Assembly (NCBI GenBank): GCA_963754245.1 | Contig: CAVWET010000002.1 | Coordinates: forward strand, 178,318-242,317 | Length of the DNA: 64,000 nucleotides | Reading direction: 5' to 3' | Source: an uncultured Alphaproteobacteria bacterium | GTDB taxonomy: Bacteria; Pseudomonadota; Alphaproteobacteria; Sphingomonadales; Sphingomonadaceae | In this document: piece by piece, positions 8,680 through 18,317 of the stretch | Layout of the letters: each line of letters begins with the position of its first letter | Position numbering within the stretch: position 1 is the stretch's first letter | Made by a program: the position numbers and the translations under genes | The notes under the pieces: generated by a model | Told to the model about the DNA's origin: nothing | The model's input: the letters and a program-made list of their open reading frames with translations, nothing else | Databases searched by the model: none

Positions 8680-10422
8680 ATGCAGGCTGCAGCGAACCGG
8701 CTGCCGCGCGCCGTTCAGCGCGTGCAGACGGATAAGATGGGGGCAAGACCGCGCGCTGAGGCCGCGGACGGCATCGCCTTGCTCGACGCGCTCCCAATCG
8801 CGGCTGCCATATTCACCATCCAAGACGACAAGCTGCGGGTCGAGGCGATGAACACGCGCTTCCTCGAACTTGCCGGCTGTTATGGACGCGCCAATACTTT
8901 CGCCGAGACGTTCCGGCACTACGCGACCGGTGAGGGCGGCGCCTTCACTCGCGAATTCCTGCTTCACCCTGCCACGGCCCGTGACGAAATCGAGCTCGCC
9001 GAGGGCGAGGGGATCGGCCGGCGCTTTCTGAAGCTCAAGCTATCGCCCTTGGCATCGGACCCAAGGGGCAATCAACGCTGCCTGCTGAGTGTCGTCGACC
9101 GGACCGTCGAGGTGCAGGCGGAAAACAACCTGCGCGCCGAGATGCTGCGCGACAGCCTGACCGGGCTACCCAACCGGCTCGGCTTTTCGGAAGCAATCGA
9201 AAAGGCCGGCGAACAGCCGTCCCGCCGCGTCGACCATGCCGTTCTCGTCGTGGATATGTTGCGCTTCTCTCGCATCAATGAGTCGATGGGGGGCCTAGCG
9301 GGTGACGAGTTGCTCATCACATTCGCCCGGCGCCTGATCCTCGCTCTTCGAGCGGGCGACGTCTTGGCGCGCACCGGCGGTAACGAGTTCGGAATTCTGG
9401 TTTCGTTGCGCCAGGGCATCGAAGACGCGCTCAAGGCCGCGGAGCGGATCAACAAGGTCATGGCCGCCCCATTCAAGATCTCCGACCTCGAGATCCGTGT
9501 GGAATGCGCGATCGGCGTTGCTCTGATGCAGGCCGGGCAGGATCCGGAGGATCTGTTCCGCAACGCCCAGTTCGCGGTGAAGCAGGCCAAGACGAGCGGC
9601 ACGCCGCAGGTCTACGAACCGAAGCAGGCGACGGAAGCTCGACGTCGCTTCTCCATCGAGACGGAGCTGCGCCGGGCTCTCGACCGCGACCACTTGGAAC
9701 TCTTCTACCAGCCGCTGATCAACCTGAAATCGGGGGAGGTCGCAGGCTTCGAAGCCCTTGCCCGTTGGAACCACGAAGATCGCGGCGAAATCAGCCCGAC
9801 CGAATTCATCCCAGTGGCTGAGGAAAGCGGCTTGATCCTTCAGCTCGGCCGGTGGGCGATGGACAAGGCGGTGCGGACCCTCGCTGGCTGGGACAGTGAG
9901 GCAGGGGAGAAGTTGCCTCTCTACGTCGGCGTCAATCTGTCCGCGATTCAGGTCGCGCGCGACAATGTCGCGGAGATGGTCGAAAGTTCGCTCAGAGCGA
10001 GCGGGCTTACGGGCGATCGGCTCGCGCTCGAGCTCACCGAAAGTTCGATCGTTCAGGACCCGGCGCGGGCGATGCGTGTCTTCGATGCGCTGAAGGCACT
10101 CGATGCGACTGTTGCCATGGACGACTTTGGCACCGGCTATTCCAGCTTGGCCTATCTCCAGCGCCTGCCGATCGACGTGCTCAAGATCGACAAGAGCTTC
10201 GTCTCGGGCATGATGGTCGATCCCGACAGCGTCGCCATCGTGCGCGCCGTGCTGAGCCTTGCGGAGGCTCTCGGGATGTCGACAACCGCTGAAGGGATCG
10301 AGACGGTCGAGCTCGCGACGACGCTGGCCACGCTCGGCTGCGCGTCGGGCCAGGGCTTCTATTTCGCCAAGCCGCTCGAAGCTGGTGCTGCGCTCGACTA
10401 CTGGAACTCACGACGCCGTTGA
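8680..10422 (+). CDS. PAS-like / degenerate GGDEF (GGNEF) / EAL signalling protein, probably a c-di-GMP phosphodiesterase
   Basis: The GGDEF-domain A-site reads RTGGNEFGIL, with Asn in place of Asp/Glu. The EAL domain keeps FEALARW, DDFGTGYSSL and KIDKSF. The start could be the downstream ATG at 8737. Confidence 0.88.
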   Translation: MQAAANRLPRAVQRVQTDKMGARPRAEAADGIALLDALPIAAAIFTIQDDKLRVEAMNTRFLELAGCYGRANTFAETFRHYATGEGGAFTREFLLHPATARDEIELAEGEGIGRRFLKLKLSPLASDPRGNQRCLLSVVDRTVEVQAENNLRAEMLRDSLTGLPNRLGFSEAIEKAGEQPSRRVDHAVLVVDMLRFSRINESMGGLAGDELLITFARRLILALRAGDVLARTGGNEFGILVSLRQGIEDALKAAERINKVMAAPFKISDLEIRVECAIGVALMQAGQDPEDLFRNAQFAVKQAKTSGTPQVYEPKQATEARRRFSIETELRRALDRDHLELFYQPLINLKSGEVAGFEALARWNHEDRGEISPTEFIPVAEESGLILQLGRWAMDKAVRTLAGWDSEAGEKLPLYVGVNLSAIQVARDNVAEMVESSLRASGLTGDRLALELTESSIVQDPARAMRVFDALKALDATVAMDDFGTGYSSLAYLQRLPIDVLKIDKSFVSGMMVDPDSVAIVRAVLSLAEALGMSTTAEGIETVELATTLATLGCASGQGFYFAKPLEAGAALDYWNSRRR

Positions 10423-10501
10423 ACCACTGCGGGACAGTGCCGGCTGGGCTCTGGAACCCCCGCAGGCTTCATCTAGTTAAGGCCCCGTAACAGGGGAAAG
10501 G

Positions 10502-10831
10502 TTGGCGATGGAGTCGTGGCTCCTGATCGCGGCCGCCGTACAGGCCGTGTCGGCTGCAAATCCAGGCGAGATGAGAGGCCTGGCCCCGGTGGATATTGGG
10601 CAAATCGCGACCGGCCACGCCTTGGATTTTCGACTGAAGCAGGACAGCCCCGCCCCGGGCCCGGTCCCACTTGTTCGTCAGATGATCGTGCAACACCAAC
10701 TCGCCCCGAACGCCGCGGTGGGCCTCGGCTTGTCGAACCTTTATGAGAAGAGGACGGGTTTGGATGTCGGTGCGGGCGGTCGACCAAAGCACTCACGCAA
10801 GCCCGCGGTGACGTTCGTTTTGAAGTTCTGA
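10502..10831 (+). CDS. Hypothetical secreted / outer-membrane-like small protein
   Basis: It has an N-terminal signal-like segment (WLLIAAAVQAVSAA) and a C-terminal ...VTFVLKF ending in Phe. It overlaps the convergent DUF2334 gene by 39 nt. This is a weak call. Confidence 0.35.
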   Translation: MAMESWLLIAAAVQAVSAANPGEMRGLAPVDIGQIATGHALDFRLKQDSPAPGPVPLVRQMIVQHQLAPNAAVGLGLSNLYEKRTGLDVGAGGRPKHSRKPAVTFVLKF

Positions 10832-11581
10832 CCGGGCCGGGCTGAGGAGATCCGAATAGGCTGCGGGCGCGCGCTTGCGGCTACCTATCTCCAGCGTCTT
10901 TCTTATGCTTCGGACGAGCGCAGGATGGCGAATATCTGGCGGATGTACCCCGACCCGCAGTGCTCGGATCGGCGCTCGACGCAATACGGAAGCGGCGGCC
11001 AAGGAGGACGCCAGTCGCGCCCGCGAACGGCTGGCCCAGGTAATCACAGGTCCGCGGGCCAGCAGTTTCCCGGTTGCCGGAGACCAGACGCGCAGATGAT
11101 CTTCGGCGATCGGCACGCGAGCGGCAGCCAGCGCTTCAAGCGCGCCCGGGCCGTATAGCCACGCGGGCGCCACGAAGCCCGCCAACGGTCTGCCGATGAT
11201 GTCTTCGAGCAAGCGGGTTCCATCAATCAGCCTAGTTGTGGCTTCGTCGACCGGAAGGCCCAGAAATTCGCCTTCGCCCGCCGTCATAAGCCGCGCGCGC
11301 AGCTGATCTGAACCGCGGGCATGCCGGCTCGCATCTCTGTGATAGAAGCCATGGAGGAAGATCTCGAACCCGTCATTGGCCCACGAGCGGAGCCGTGCGG
11401 CGAAGTCAGAGTTCGGGATGATGGGCGCGTCGCCCCAGTGATTGGGGACAACCAGCATCGCGATCCGGTTGCCGACGTGGGTTCGCAGCAAGTCGACGAG
11501 CCCATCGACCTCCGATTCGAAGCGCGGAGATACATCGTGGATCGAAGCAAGGAGCGTCCCGCGGTCGGCCATTCGGCCCAT
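10793..11581 (-). CDS. DUF2334-type predicted polysaccharide deacetylase
   Basis: LLASIHDVSPRFESEV...MLVVPNHWGD...FLHGFYHRD matches my recollection of the DUF2334 / deacetylase-like fold family. Confidence 0.7.
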   Translation of the reverse strand: MGRMADRGTLLASIHDVSPRFESEVDGLVDLLRTHVGNRIAMLVVPNHWGDAPIIPNSDFAARLRSWANDGFEIFLHGFYHRDASRHARGSDQLRARLMTAGEGEFLGLPVDEATTRLIDGTRLLEDIIGRPLAGFVAPAWLYGPGALEALAAARVPIAEDHLRVWSPATGKLLARGPVITWASRSRARLASSLAAASVLRRAPIRALRVGVHPPDIRHPALVRSIRKTLEIGSRKRAPAAYSDLLSPARSELQNERHRGLA

Positions 11582-11676
11582 GTGCGCCGGACGAGGCTGA
11601 TCCGCCAGCGGGGCCGCGCGTCCATTAACAAACCTTCACTTGAGCTTCATCCGCTTCGCTTGTCTCTCCGAACCGC

Positions 11677-12916
11677 ATGCGGATCGTCGACGTTTGTGCA
11701 TTCTACACGCCGGCCGGAGGCGGAGTCCGGACTTACGTTGATGCGAAGTTGAGGGCTGCCGCTCGCTTCGGCCACGAGGTGATCGTTATTGCGCCCGGCG
11801 AGGAATATGCGACCTGCCAGCGCGGCCCGGGCGCGGTGCTCGTCACTCTTCAATCGCCGAAGCTGCCGGTCGACAGGCGGTATCGGTACTTCAATGACGA
11901 GCGAGCGCTACACGCCGAACTGGACGCCTGGCGTCCAGATCACGTCGAAGTCATCATCACCTTGGTCGAGCGCAACGATGGTCGGGCGTTGGCAAGGTGC
12001 CGCAAGTCGTTCGCTCATCATGCATTCGGATCCGCTCGCGGCCTATGCCTATCGCTGGCTTGACGGCGTCGCATCGAGAGAGACGATCGACCGCTGCTTC
12101 GGCTGGTTCTGGAACCATCTTCGCGGGCTCGGCCGAATGCATGACATGGTGGTCTGCTCGAACTCTCAACTTGCCGAACGTCTGCGCTCTGGCGGGCTCG
12201 GCAATACTGAAACGCTGCCGATGGGTGTCGAACCCGGTATTTTCTCGCCCAAGCATCGCTCCGCGACGCTGCGCGAGGGAGCGCTCGAGCGGCTCGGGCT
12301 GGATCGGGACGGCGTGTTGCTGATCGGCGTTGGCCGCTTTTCGGCGGAGAAACGCTGGGACATGGTCATGCGCGCAGTCGCCGAGTGCGCGCGGACCCGC
12401 GCCGTGGCGTTGCTGCTCGTCGGCGACGGAAGGAAGCGCCAAGCCTTGGAATTGCTGGCCGACCAGTTGCCCAATGTCGCCGTAATACCGAAAGTCACAG
12501 ACCGGCATGAATTGGCGCGATTGATGGCGAGCGCCGATGCGCTGATCCACGGCTGCGAAGCTGAGACATTTTGCATGGTCGCTGCGGAAGCGAGGGCCAG
12601 CGGAATTCCGCTGATCGTTCCTGACCGCGGAGCGGCGACCGACCAGTTGGTGCGCGGTGCGGGCGCGATCTATCGGTCGGCCAATGAACGATCGTTGGAA
12701 CGCGCGATCGAGCGCTTCATCGATCGCGGCCCCGAGCTTCAGCGAGCCGCAGCTGCTCGAGCCAGCGACGTCCGCACCATGGACGAGCATTTCGCAGAAC
12801 TGTTCGCGCGCTACGCCCAGCTCGCCTGCGCACCCATTTATCAGGCGCCGACAGCGCTCTCGCTCGACCAGATGCCGGACGTCGCCCTCGCGCGCTCCGC
12901 AGTGCGCAGTTCCTGA
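11677..12916 (+). pseudogene. Glycosyltransferase family 4 (GT-B), frameshifted as sequenced
   Basis: The N-terminus MRIVDVCAFYTPAGGGVRTYV (ORF 11677..) continues in the +1 frame (ORF 11789..12916) as SSPWSSATMVGRW...GVGRFSAEKRWD...HGCEAETFCMVAAEARASGIPLIVPD (GT1/GT4 EX7E region). The indel is near 11951. Confidence 0.8.
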
Positions 12917-12993
12917 GAAGACTGAATCTCCGGCGGATGGCCGAGTTTGGAGGCTATCAGCTTGGAGGAAAGTCGTGGCGACCGGTCGTGAGA

Positions 12994-14184
12994 CTATGCC
13001 GCACCTTTTAGGGCGTCGGTGACGATTTGTTCGAATTCGTCGCCGGAGGGAAAGCCGGCCCGAACCCATTGATCCTCGATCTGCCTCAACGTCTGGGCGA
13101 CGATCGGTCCCTCCGTAAGCCCGCGCGAAATCAGCGCCCCGCCGCCGATCGGCAGCCGCGGTGCTTTCCATTCGGCGATGGCTTTCGCTTCTCCGGCACG
13201 ATGGTCGAGAAGCAGGCGGTCCACTGCGCAGTCGGTGCCGAGCCGGTATGACAGAGTTTGCGCTGACTCATATTCATCGGACCCGGCAGCGCACGCGAGG
13301 CGCTTCCGAGCTTTGTTCGAAAGCCTGAGGCGAGCGCCCACTGCGTCGGCGACTGCCGGGTCGCGCGGGAGAAGGGACGCTAAACGACGCAGGGCATTGG
13401 CTTCGGTGCCCGCTTGTCGCTCGGCCTCGATGAGCGCCTGCAGGTCGCGCAGCCGCTCGGCCTCGATCTCCGGAAGAACGGGCTTGAGGATGTCTCGCTG
13501 AAGCATGATCCCGACGGTGACCGAGGGGTCCTCGACAGCCAGCAGTTTGAGCAGTTCGTCGGCGATCCGTTCACGCGAGAGCGCCATTAAGTCTTTGGCC
13601 CGCTCGGTACACGCCGCGAGCGCCGCCGCATCCGGTTCGCCCGACCCGAAGCGCGCGTGGAATTGGAAGAACCTGAGGATCCGAAGATGGTCCTCGGCAA
13701 TCCGTTGCAGCGGGTTGCCGATGAACCGGATGTGCCGGTGTCGCAGATCGTCGAGGCCGTCGAAATAGTCGAAGATCTCGCCCGTCGTCGTATCTGCGGA
13801 CAGGGCATTGATAGTGAAGTCGCGCCGCGCCGCATCTTCCCTCCAATCGTCGGTGAACGCGACAGTCGCCCGGCGGCCGTCTGTCGACACGTCACGGCGC
13901 AGGGTCGTGATCTCGAATGGGTGACCATCGCTAACAGCAGTGATCGTGCCATGGTCAATACCGGTCGGAACGGCCTTGATCTTCGCCTTTTCCAGGCGGC
14001 GGATGACCTCGTCAGGCGCTAACCGGGTCGCCAGATCGATATCGTTCACCGGGAGGTGGAGGAGATCGTCCCGCACCGCCCCGCCGACGTAGCGGGTCAT
14101 GCCTTCGTCCGCGGCTAACGCCCGGAGCAGCCGCGCCATGCCACGCCTCTTGCGCCACTTGGTCGCGTCGAGCTTCAGCTCCAT
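12994..14184 (-). CDS. cca: CCA-adding tRNA nucleotidyltransferase (poly(A) polymerase family)
   Basis: YVGGAVRDDLLHLPVNDIDLAT is the GGxVRD...DxD nucleotidyltransferase motif, and ITTLRRDV is also present. Confidence 0.85.
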   Translation of the reverse strand: MELKLDATKWRKRRGMARLLRALAADEGMTRYVGGAVRDDLLHLPVNDIDLATRLAPDEVIRRLEKAKIKAVPTGIDHGTITAVSDGHPFEITTLRRDVSTDGRRATVAFTDDWREDAARRDFTINALSADTTTGEIFDYFDGLDDLRHRHIRFIGNPLQRIAEDHLRILRFFQFHARFGSGEPDAAALAACTERAKDLMALSRERIADELLKLLAVEDPSVTVGIMLQRDILKPVLPEIEAERLRDLQALIEAERQAGTEANALRRLASLLPRDPAVADAVGARLRLSNKARKRLACAAGSDEYESAQTLSYRLGTDCAVDRLLLDHRAGEAKAIAEWKAPRLPIGGGALISRGLTEGPIVAQTLRQIEDQWVRAGFPSGDEFEQIVTDALKGAA

Positions 14185-14756
14185 TGCAGCCTGCGAGAAA
14201 GATTGACGATCATTGCCGCAGTCGCCCCCCAGATCCTGCGATCGTTCCAGAGGATCTCGTAATAGTGACGTGTTTCCCCCTGGAACAGTGCGCTGCGGTA
14301 ATGCTGGTTCGCCGGATTGAGGAGGAAGGCAAGCGGCGCTTCGAACCAGTCGGCCACTTCATGCTCATGTGGAGTGAGTGGGAGGTCGGGAGCAACGACT
14401 CCGAGAATGGGCGTCACGACATAGCCGGTTACGGTGCGATACGGTTCGATCGGCCCGATCAGTTCAACCGCGGCGGGATCGAGCAGGATCTCTTCGTGAG
14501 CTTCGCGAAGGGCCGCCTCCATGGGCTCCTCGCCCGTATCAACGCGCCCGCCAGGGAAAGCCACCTGGCCCGCATGAGTTCGCATATGCTCTCGGCGCAC
14601 GGTGAGAATCACGCCCGGGTTGGCTCGTTCGGTGATCGCGATCAGCACTGCTGCAGCCACCTCGGCCTCCGCTCGAAGCTCGGGAATATCTCCAGCGAGC
14701 GGCGGCAATCGAGGCGGTGATGTGAGTGCGGCGCGTAGCCGCCCGGCCAATGTCAC
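14175..14756 (-). CDS. NUDIX hydrolase, CoA pyrophosphatase type
   Basis: The Nudix box GGRVDTGEEPMEAALREAHEEILL is preceded by LTVRREHMRTHAGQVAFPGG, the NudL-type motif. Confidence 0.85.
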   Translation of the reverse strand: MTLAGRLRAALTSPPRLPPLAGDIPELRAEAEVAAAVLIAITERANPGVILTVRREHMRTHAGQVAFPGGRVDTGEEPMEAALREAHEEILLDPAAVELIGPIEPYRTVTGYVVTPILGVVAPDLPLTPHEHEVADWFEAPLAFLLNPANQHYRSALFQGETRHYYEILWNDRRIWGATAAMIVNLSRRLQWS

Positions 14757-15358
14757 GCCGCGTCACCCAGCGGGAAGAACTCGCCATCGCTCCATACTCC
14801 GAGCGCCTTATGACCCTCGGCGATCGCGATTTCGGCGAGCTCGTAATAGATCGGCCGCGACAGTTGTGCTTCGAGGCCGTGCCGGACGAGCAGGCGGGGG
14901 GAGGGCCCGTGCTCGTCCCCGTCCATTCGTAGAGGATGTTCGTGGCCGAGGATCACCGCATCGCCGCTATCGAGCCTGAAGGCGATCTTCCTGTCGCGGC
15001 CCAAGCCCTCGCTTCGCATTTCAACGGCACGGAACGCTGTCCTCTCGACCTCGATGTCGAGTTTCTCGACCGGGGTGACAAGCACGTGCCGTCCATCGGG
15101 CTCGCGTCGAAGGACGGTCGAGAACAGTCGCACCATCGCTGGCCGTTGGATTGGAATCCCCTCGTGATACCAGCTGCCGTCGCGGGCGATGCGCATGCCT
15201 GAATGGCCGCACTGTTCCGGGTCCCACTTATCCACGGGCGGCAACCGCCGCTCGTCGATCATCTTCTGAAGATCGGTGAGGCTGAGCCCTTGCAGCTCTA
15301 TCGGAGGGCGGGCTTCCGGCATGGAAGCGTCATTGGATTGCTTCGCCTCATCGCTCAA
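14753..15358 (-). CDS. DUF1285 domain protein
   Basis: KWDPEQCGHSGMRIARDGSWYHEGIPIQRPAMVRLFSTVL is typical of DUF1285. There is a 4-nt overlap with the downstream NUDIX gene. Confidence 0.75.
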   Translation of the reverse strand: MSDEAKQSNDASMPEARPPIELQGLSLTDLQKMIDERRLPPVDKWDPEQCGHSGMRIARDGSWYHEGIPIQRPAMVRLFSTVLRREPDGRHVLVTPVEKLDIEVERTAFRAVEMRSEGLGRDRKIAFRLDSGDAVILGHEHPLRMDGDEHGPSPRLLVRHGLEAQLSRPIYYELAEIAIAEGHKALGVWSDGEFFPLGDAA

Positions 15359-15373
15359 GGCAGGAGTGGCGCA

Positions 15374-16111
15374 ATGGCAAACAAAGGGCGCACCGCAATC
15401 GTAACCGGAGCCGGCAAGCGTGTCGGTCTAGAGATAGCGCGCGAGCTGCTGGCGGACGGTTGGGCCGTGGTTGCTCACCTCCACCACGACCAGGACTTGG
15501 TCCCCGATGGTGCAGTCAAGGTGGTTGCCGATCTCGCAGATCCAAGCTGCGCCGAGGCCATCTTCGCCGCGACGGCTGCACTGCCCCCCGCGCGGTTGCT
15601 CGTAAATAACGCCGCCCGATTCGCATGGGATTGTTTGGACGAATTCAGCGCCGACGAGTTCGCCGTGCACATGAGCGTCAACGTCCAGGCACCGGCATTA
15701 CTTGCTCAGCGCTTCGCCCGGGACCACCCGGCAGGAGGGGACGCGCTCATCGTCAATCTGCTCGATTCGAAGCTCGCTGCGCCGAACCCCGACTACCTCA
15801 GCTATACTCTGTCGAAGGGTGCGCTCGCCGGATTCACCGAGCTCGCGGCGCGCGCGCTTGCGTCGAAGGGCATACGCGTCAACGGAATTGCTCCTGGCCT
15901 AATGCTTCAATCGAGCGGGCAGAGCGAAGAGAACTTTCGGGCGATGCACAGCGATAACCCGCTACATCGCGGTGTTGCGGCCAAAGACGTAGTCGACGCC
16001 ATTCGCTACCTAGTTGAGGCACGGTGCGTGACGGGACAAACGCTGGTCATCGATTCCGGGCAGCGATTTATGGCACTTGAGCACGATGTTCAATTCCTGG
16101 GGGACAAGTGA
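15374..16111 (+). CDS. SDR-family oxidoreductase (pteridine-reductase-like by context)
   Basis: TAIVTGAGKRVG is a Rossmann TGxxxxxG motif, and LSYTLSKGAL is the YxxxK catalytic motif. The start is taken at ATG 15374, because the longer ORF overlaps the divergent DUF1285 gene. The stop overlaps the folB start (GTGA). Confidence 0.85.
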   Translation: MANKGRTAIVTGAGKRVGLEIARELLADGWAVVAHLHHDQDLVPDGAVKVVADLADPSCAEAIFAATAALPPARLLVNNAARFAWDCLDEFSADEFAVHMSVNVQAPALLAQRFARDHPAGGDALIVNLLDSKLAAPNPDYLSYTLSKGALAGFTELAARALASKGIRVNGIAPGLMLQSSGQSEENFRAMHSDNPLHRGVAAKDVVDAIRYLVEARCVTGQTLVIDSGQRFMALEHDVQFLGDK

Positions 16112-16527
16112 GCGAAGTCAAACTGTCCGGCTTGGTGCCGCACCTTCTCAAGGTTCGTTCCGCGCGGATCCTGCTCGAATTGCTCGAAGTCCAGGCCGAT
16201 ATCGGCTTTCACGAATTCGAGGTCGGAGCACCCCAGCGCCTCATTATCAGCGTCGAGATTTGGCTGGAAGATCTGTCGTTGCCGAAGGGCGACGACCCGG
16301 CTCGCGCGTGGAATTACGACTTCGTCCGCGCCGAAGTGGAGGAGATCGCCGGTGCTGGCCGCTACAACCTACAGGAGACGCTCGCCCACGCGGTCTTCGA
16401 ACGAATTGCGGCGTTCCGGGGGGTCAAGGCGCTGCGGGTGCGGACTTCGAAGCCGGACGTGTACCCCGAAGCCCACGGCGTTGGAGTGGAGGTAGCATCC
16501 TTTTCTGGGCTCTGGCCCGAGGCGTGA
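16108..16527 (+). CDS. folB: Dihydroneopterin aldolase family protein
   Basis: Size and blocks (IGFHEFEVGAPQRLIISVEIW ... YNLQETLAHAVFERI) fit the FolB tunnelling fold, and the gene is coupled to the SDR gene. Confidence 0.75.
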   Translation: MSEVKLSGLVPHLLKVRSARILLELLEVQADIGFHEFEVGAPQRLIISVEIWLEDLSLPKGDDPARAWNYDFVRAEVEEIAGAGRYNLQETLAHAVFERIAAFRGVKALRVRTSKPDVYPEAHGVGVEVASFSGLWPEA

Positions 16528-16731
16528 ACAACAACGCGTTACGGAAGGGGTTCACGCCTTCCGGATGTGGAACAAAATCGATTGCGCGGCCTTTGAGGCG
16601 GATGTAGGGAAGCCCGCCTGTGCCGATGATATGTTGATACATTGGCGCTTCCATTCGGGGCAGGGCGAGCGTTCCGAGCGCCCGGTCTGGCCGTGGCGCT
16701 GCCATGGCGTGTCGAGGAGATTTGCGGGTTA

Positions 16732-17382
16732 ATGTCATACGCCCAGCGAAAAGATCTGAGCGGCAACCGACCGATGTCGATCATCTTCACGGTGATCGTC
16801 GTGGGCGGACTGATGTACGCGATCGTTACGGGACTTGCGTACAATGTAATCAAAAAGTCGGTTCAGGACCTGAAGACGTTCGACGTCGAGGAGCAGCCGC
16901 CACCACCGGAGCCGCCGCCGCCTCCGCCAAAGGACATGCCGAAGGTTCCGCCGCCGCCGATGACGCCGCCGCCGCTGGTTCGCATGAACGCGGAGCCGCC
17001 ACCGATTTAGGTGCAGGAGTTGACCACCATCCCGCCTGTGGCTCCGGTGATCGTGCCTCGCCCGCCTGCGCCGCCGCCTCCGCCGCGCCAGTCGCAGGCG
17101 CGAAGCCTCACTGGTAGCCTTCAAGGGCTGTTTTCGGCAGATGATTATCCGCCGAGTGCCCTAGACAACAATGAGCAGGGGACTGTCACGGTATCCCTGA
17201 CGATCGGGCCGAGCGGACGAGTTACGGGATGCAGTCCGTCGGGAAGTGCGTCTTCGACACTCAAGAGCGCAACCTGTCGATTGGTGACGGCGCGCGCCAG
17301 GTTCAGCCCAGCTCAAGATGCAAGCGGCAACCCGACGACGAGTTCGTACACGCAGTCGATCGTGTGGCGCATCGCGGAATAA
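16732..17382 (+). pseudogene. tonB: Energy transducer TonB, interrupted by an in-frame TAG at 17008..17010
   Basis: ORFs 16642..17010 and 17011..17382 are in the same frame. The upstream part carries the TM anchor (MSIIFTVIVVGGLMYAIV) and a Pro-rich spacer (PPPPEPPPPPPKDMPKVPPPP). The downstream part carries more poly-Pro and the TonB C-terminal domain (DDYPPSALDNNEQGTVTVSLTIGPSGRV). Confidence 0.85.
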
Positions 17383-17424
17383 CGGCTTCGGTTTGAGATA
17401 GATTTCGAAAAGGAAAATACAGCA

Positions 17425-18249
17425 ATGCAAGCAGCACCCGCCGCAGGAAACAATCCGTACGGCCTGATCCCCGCTCTGCAGCAGGGCGGTATCATCGCCA
17501 TCTCGGTGTTCACCATCCTCGTCCTGATGTCGATCTTCTCCTTCTACATCCTCTTCACGAAGTTGATGCAGCAGCAAAAGATCATCAGCCAGGGCCGCAA
17601 GGTTCGCGCCAGCTTCTGGAATTCGCCGAACCTTCGTGAGGCTTCAACGAAGCTAGAGGCCAAGAGCGCCTATCGCGCCATCGTCGATGACGCGCTCCTG
17701 GCGCAGGAGCAGCACGGCAAGCTGACGGACCCGATCGACCAGCACGACTGGATGGCGAACAGCTTGGCGCGCAGCCAGGGCGCGATCGGTGCGCGGCTGG
17801 GCGAAGGACTTGCCTTCCTCGCGACGGTCGGTTCGACCGCTCCGTTCATCGGTCTGTTCGGTACCGTCGTCGGCATCTATCGCGCTCTCATCAAGATCGG
17901 TGCGTCAGGGCAGGCGTCGATCGACGCCGTCGCCGGTCCGGTCGGTGAAGCGCTGATCATGACGGCGCTCGGCCTCGTCGTCGCGGTTCCGGCCGTGCTC
18001 GCCTACAACTGGCTGGTCCGCCGTAACAAGTCGATCATGGAGGACCTCGCGGCGTTCACCAACGACATCCACGGCTACATCATGTCGGCCGGAGCGGTGA
18101 AGCCGCGCCTCGGTGGCGGTACGGGTCCGGCGGTTAAGAGCTCCGCGCAAACCAAGTCCGGCGGAGCTCCGACCCAGCCGGGTAGCGAGCCGCTGCGTAG
18201 CGGCGACACGCGTACCGGCGCTCAGGCGACGCCGACGACCGCCAAGTAA
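17425..18249 (+). CDS. exbB: MotA/TolQ/ExbB proton-channel protein
   Basis: LATVGSTAPFIGLFGTVVGIYRAL and GEALIMTALGLVVAVPAVLAYN are family signatures. The C-terminal tail is long and low-complexity. Confidence 0.9.
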   Translation: MQAAPAAGNNPYGLIPALQQGGIIAISVFTILVLMSIFSFYILFTKLMQQQKIISQGRKVRASFWNSPNLREASTKLEAKSAYRAIVDDALLAQEQHGKLTDPIDQHDWMANSLARSQGAIGARLGEGLAFLATVGSTAPFIGLFGTVVGIYRALIKIGASGQASIDAVAGPVGEALIMTALGLVVAVPAVLAYNWLVRRNKSIMEDLAAFTNDIHGYIMSAGAVKPRLGGGTGPAVKSSAQTKSGGAPTQPGSEPLRSGDTRTGAQATPTTAK

Positions 18250-18257
18250 CTCCGAAC

Positions 18258-18282
18258 AAGGTCCGGCCCGGGGCCGGACCTT
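18258..18282 (+). terminator. Perfect 11-bp hairpin (AAGGTCCGGCC-CGG-GGCCGGACCTT) between exbB and exbD
   Basis: Read directly. The U-tract is poor (CGTTGGG), so it may act as an attenuator or stabiliser rather than a full terminator. Confidence 0.35.
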
Positions 18283-18317
18283 CGTTGGGTCTGAACTAGA
18301 GGAAAGAGACCGGCCGA

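Noticed and set aside
11957-13171. 404-aa minus-strand ORF spanning the GT4 gene and the cca 3' end
   Set aside because: It is antisense to a recognisable glycosyltransferase and has an Arg-rich composition and no motifs.
16880-17100. CCG/GCC-rich repetitive stretch that looks like a tandem repeat
   Set aside because: It is the coding sequence for the TonB poly-Pro spacer. The similar stretches at 49690-49740 and 55130-55260 are also low-complexity coding sequence, not structured repeats or CRISPR.
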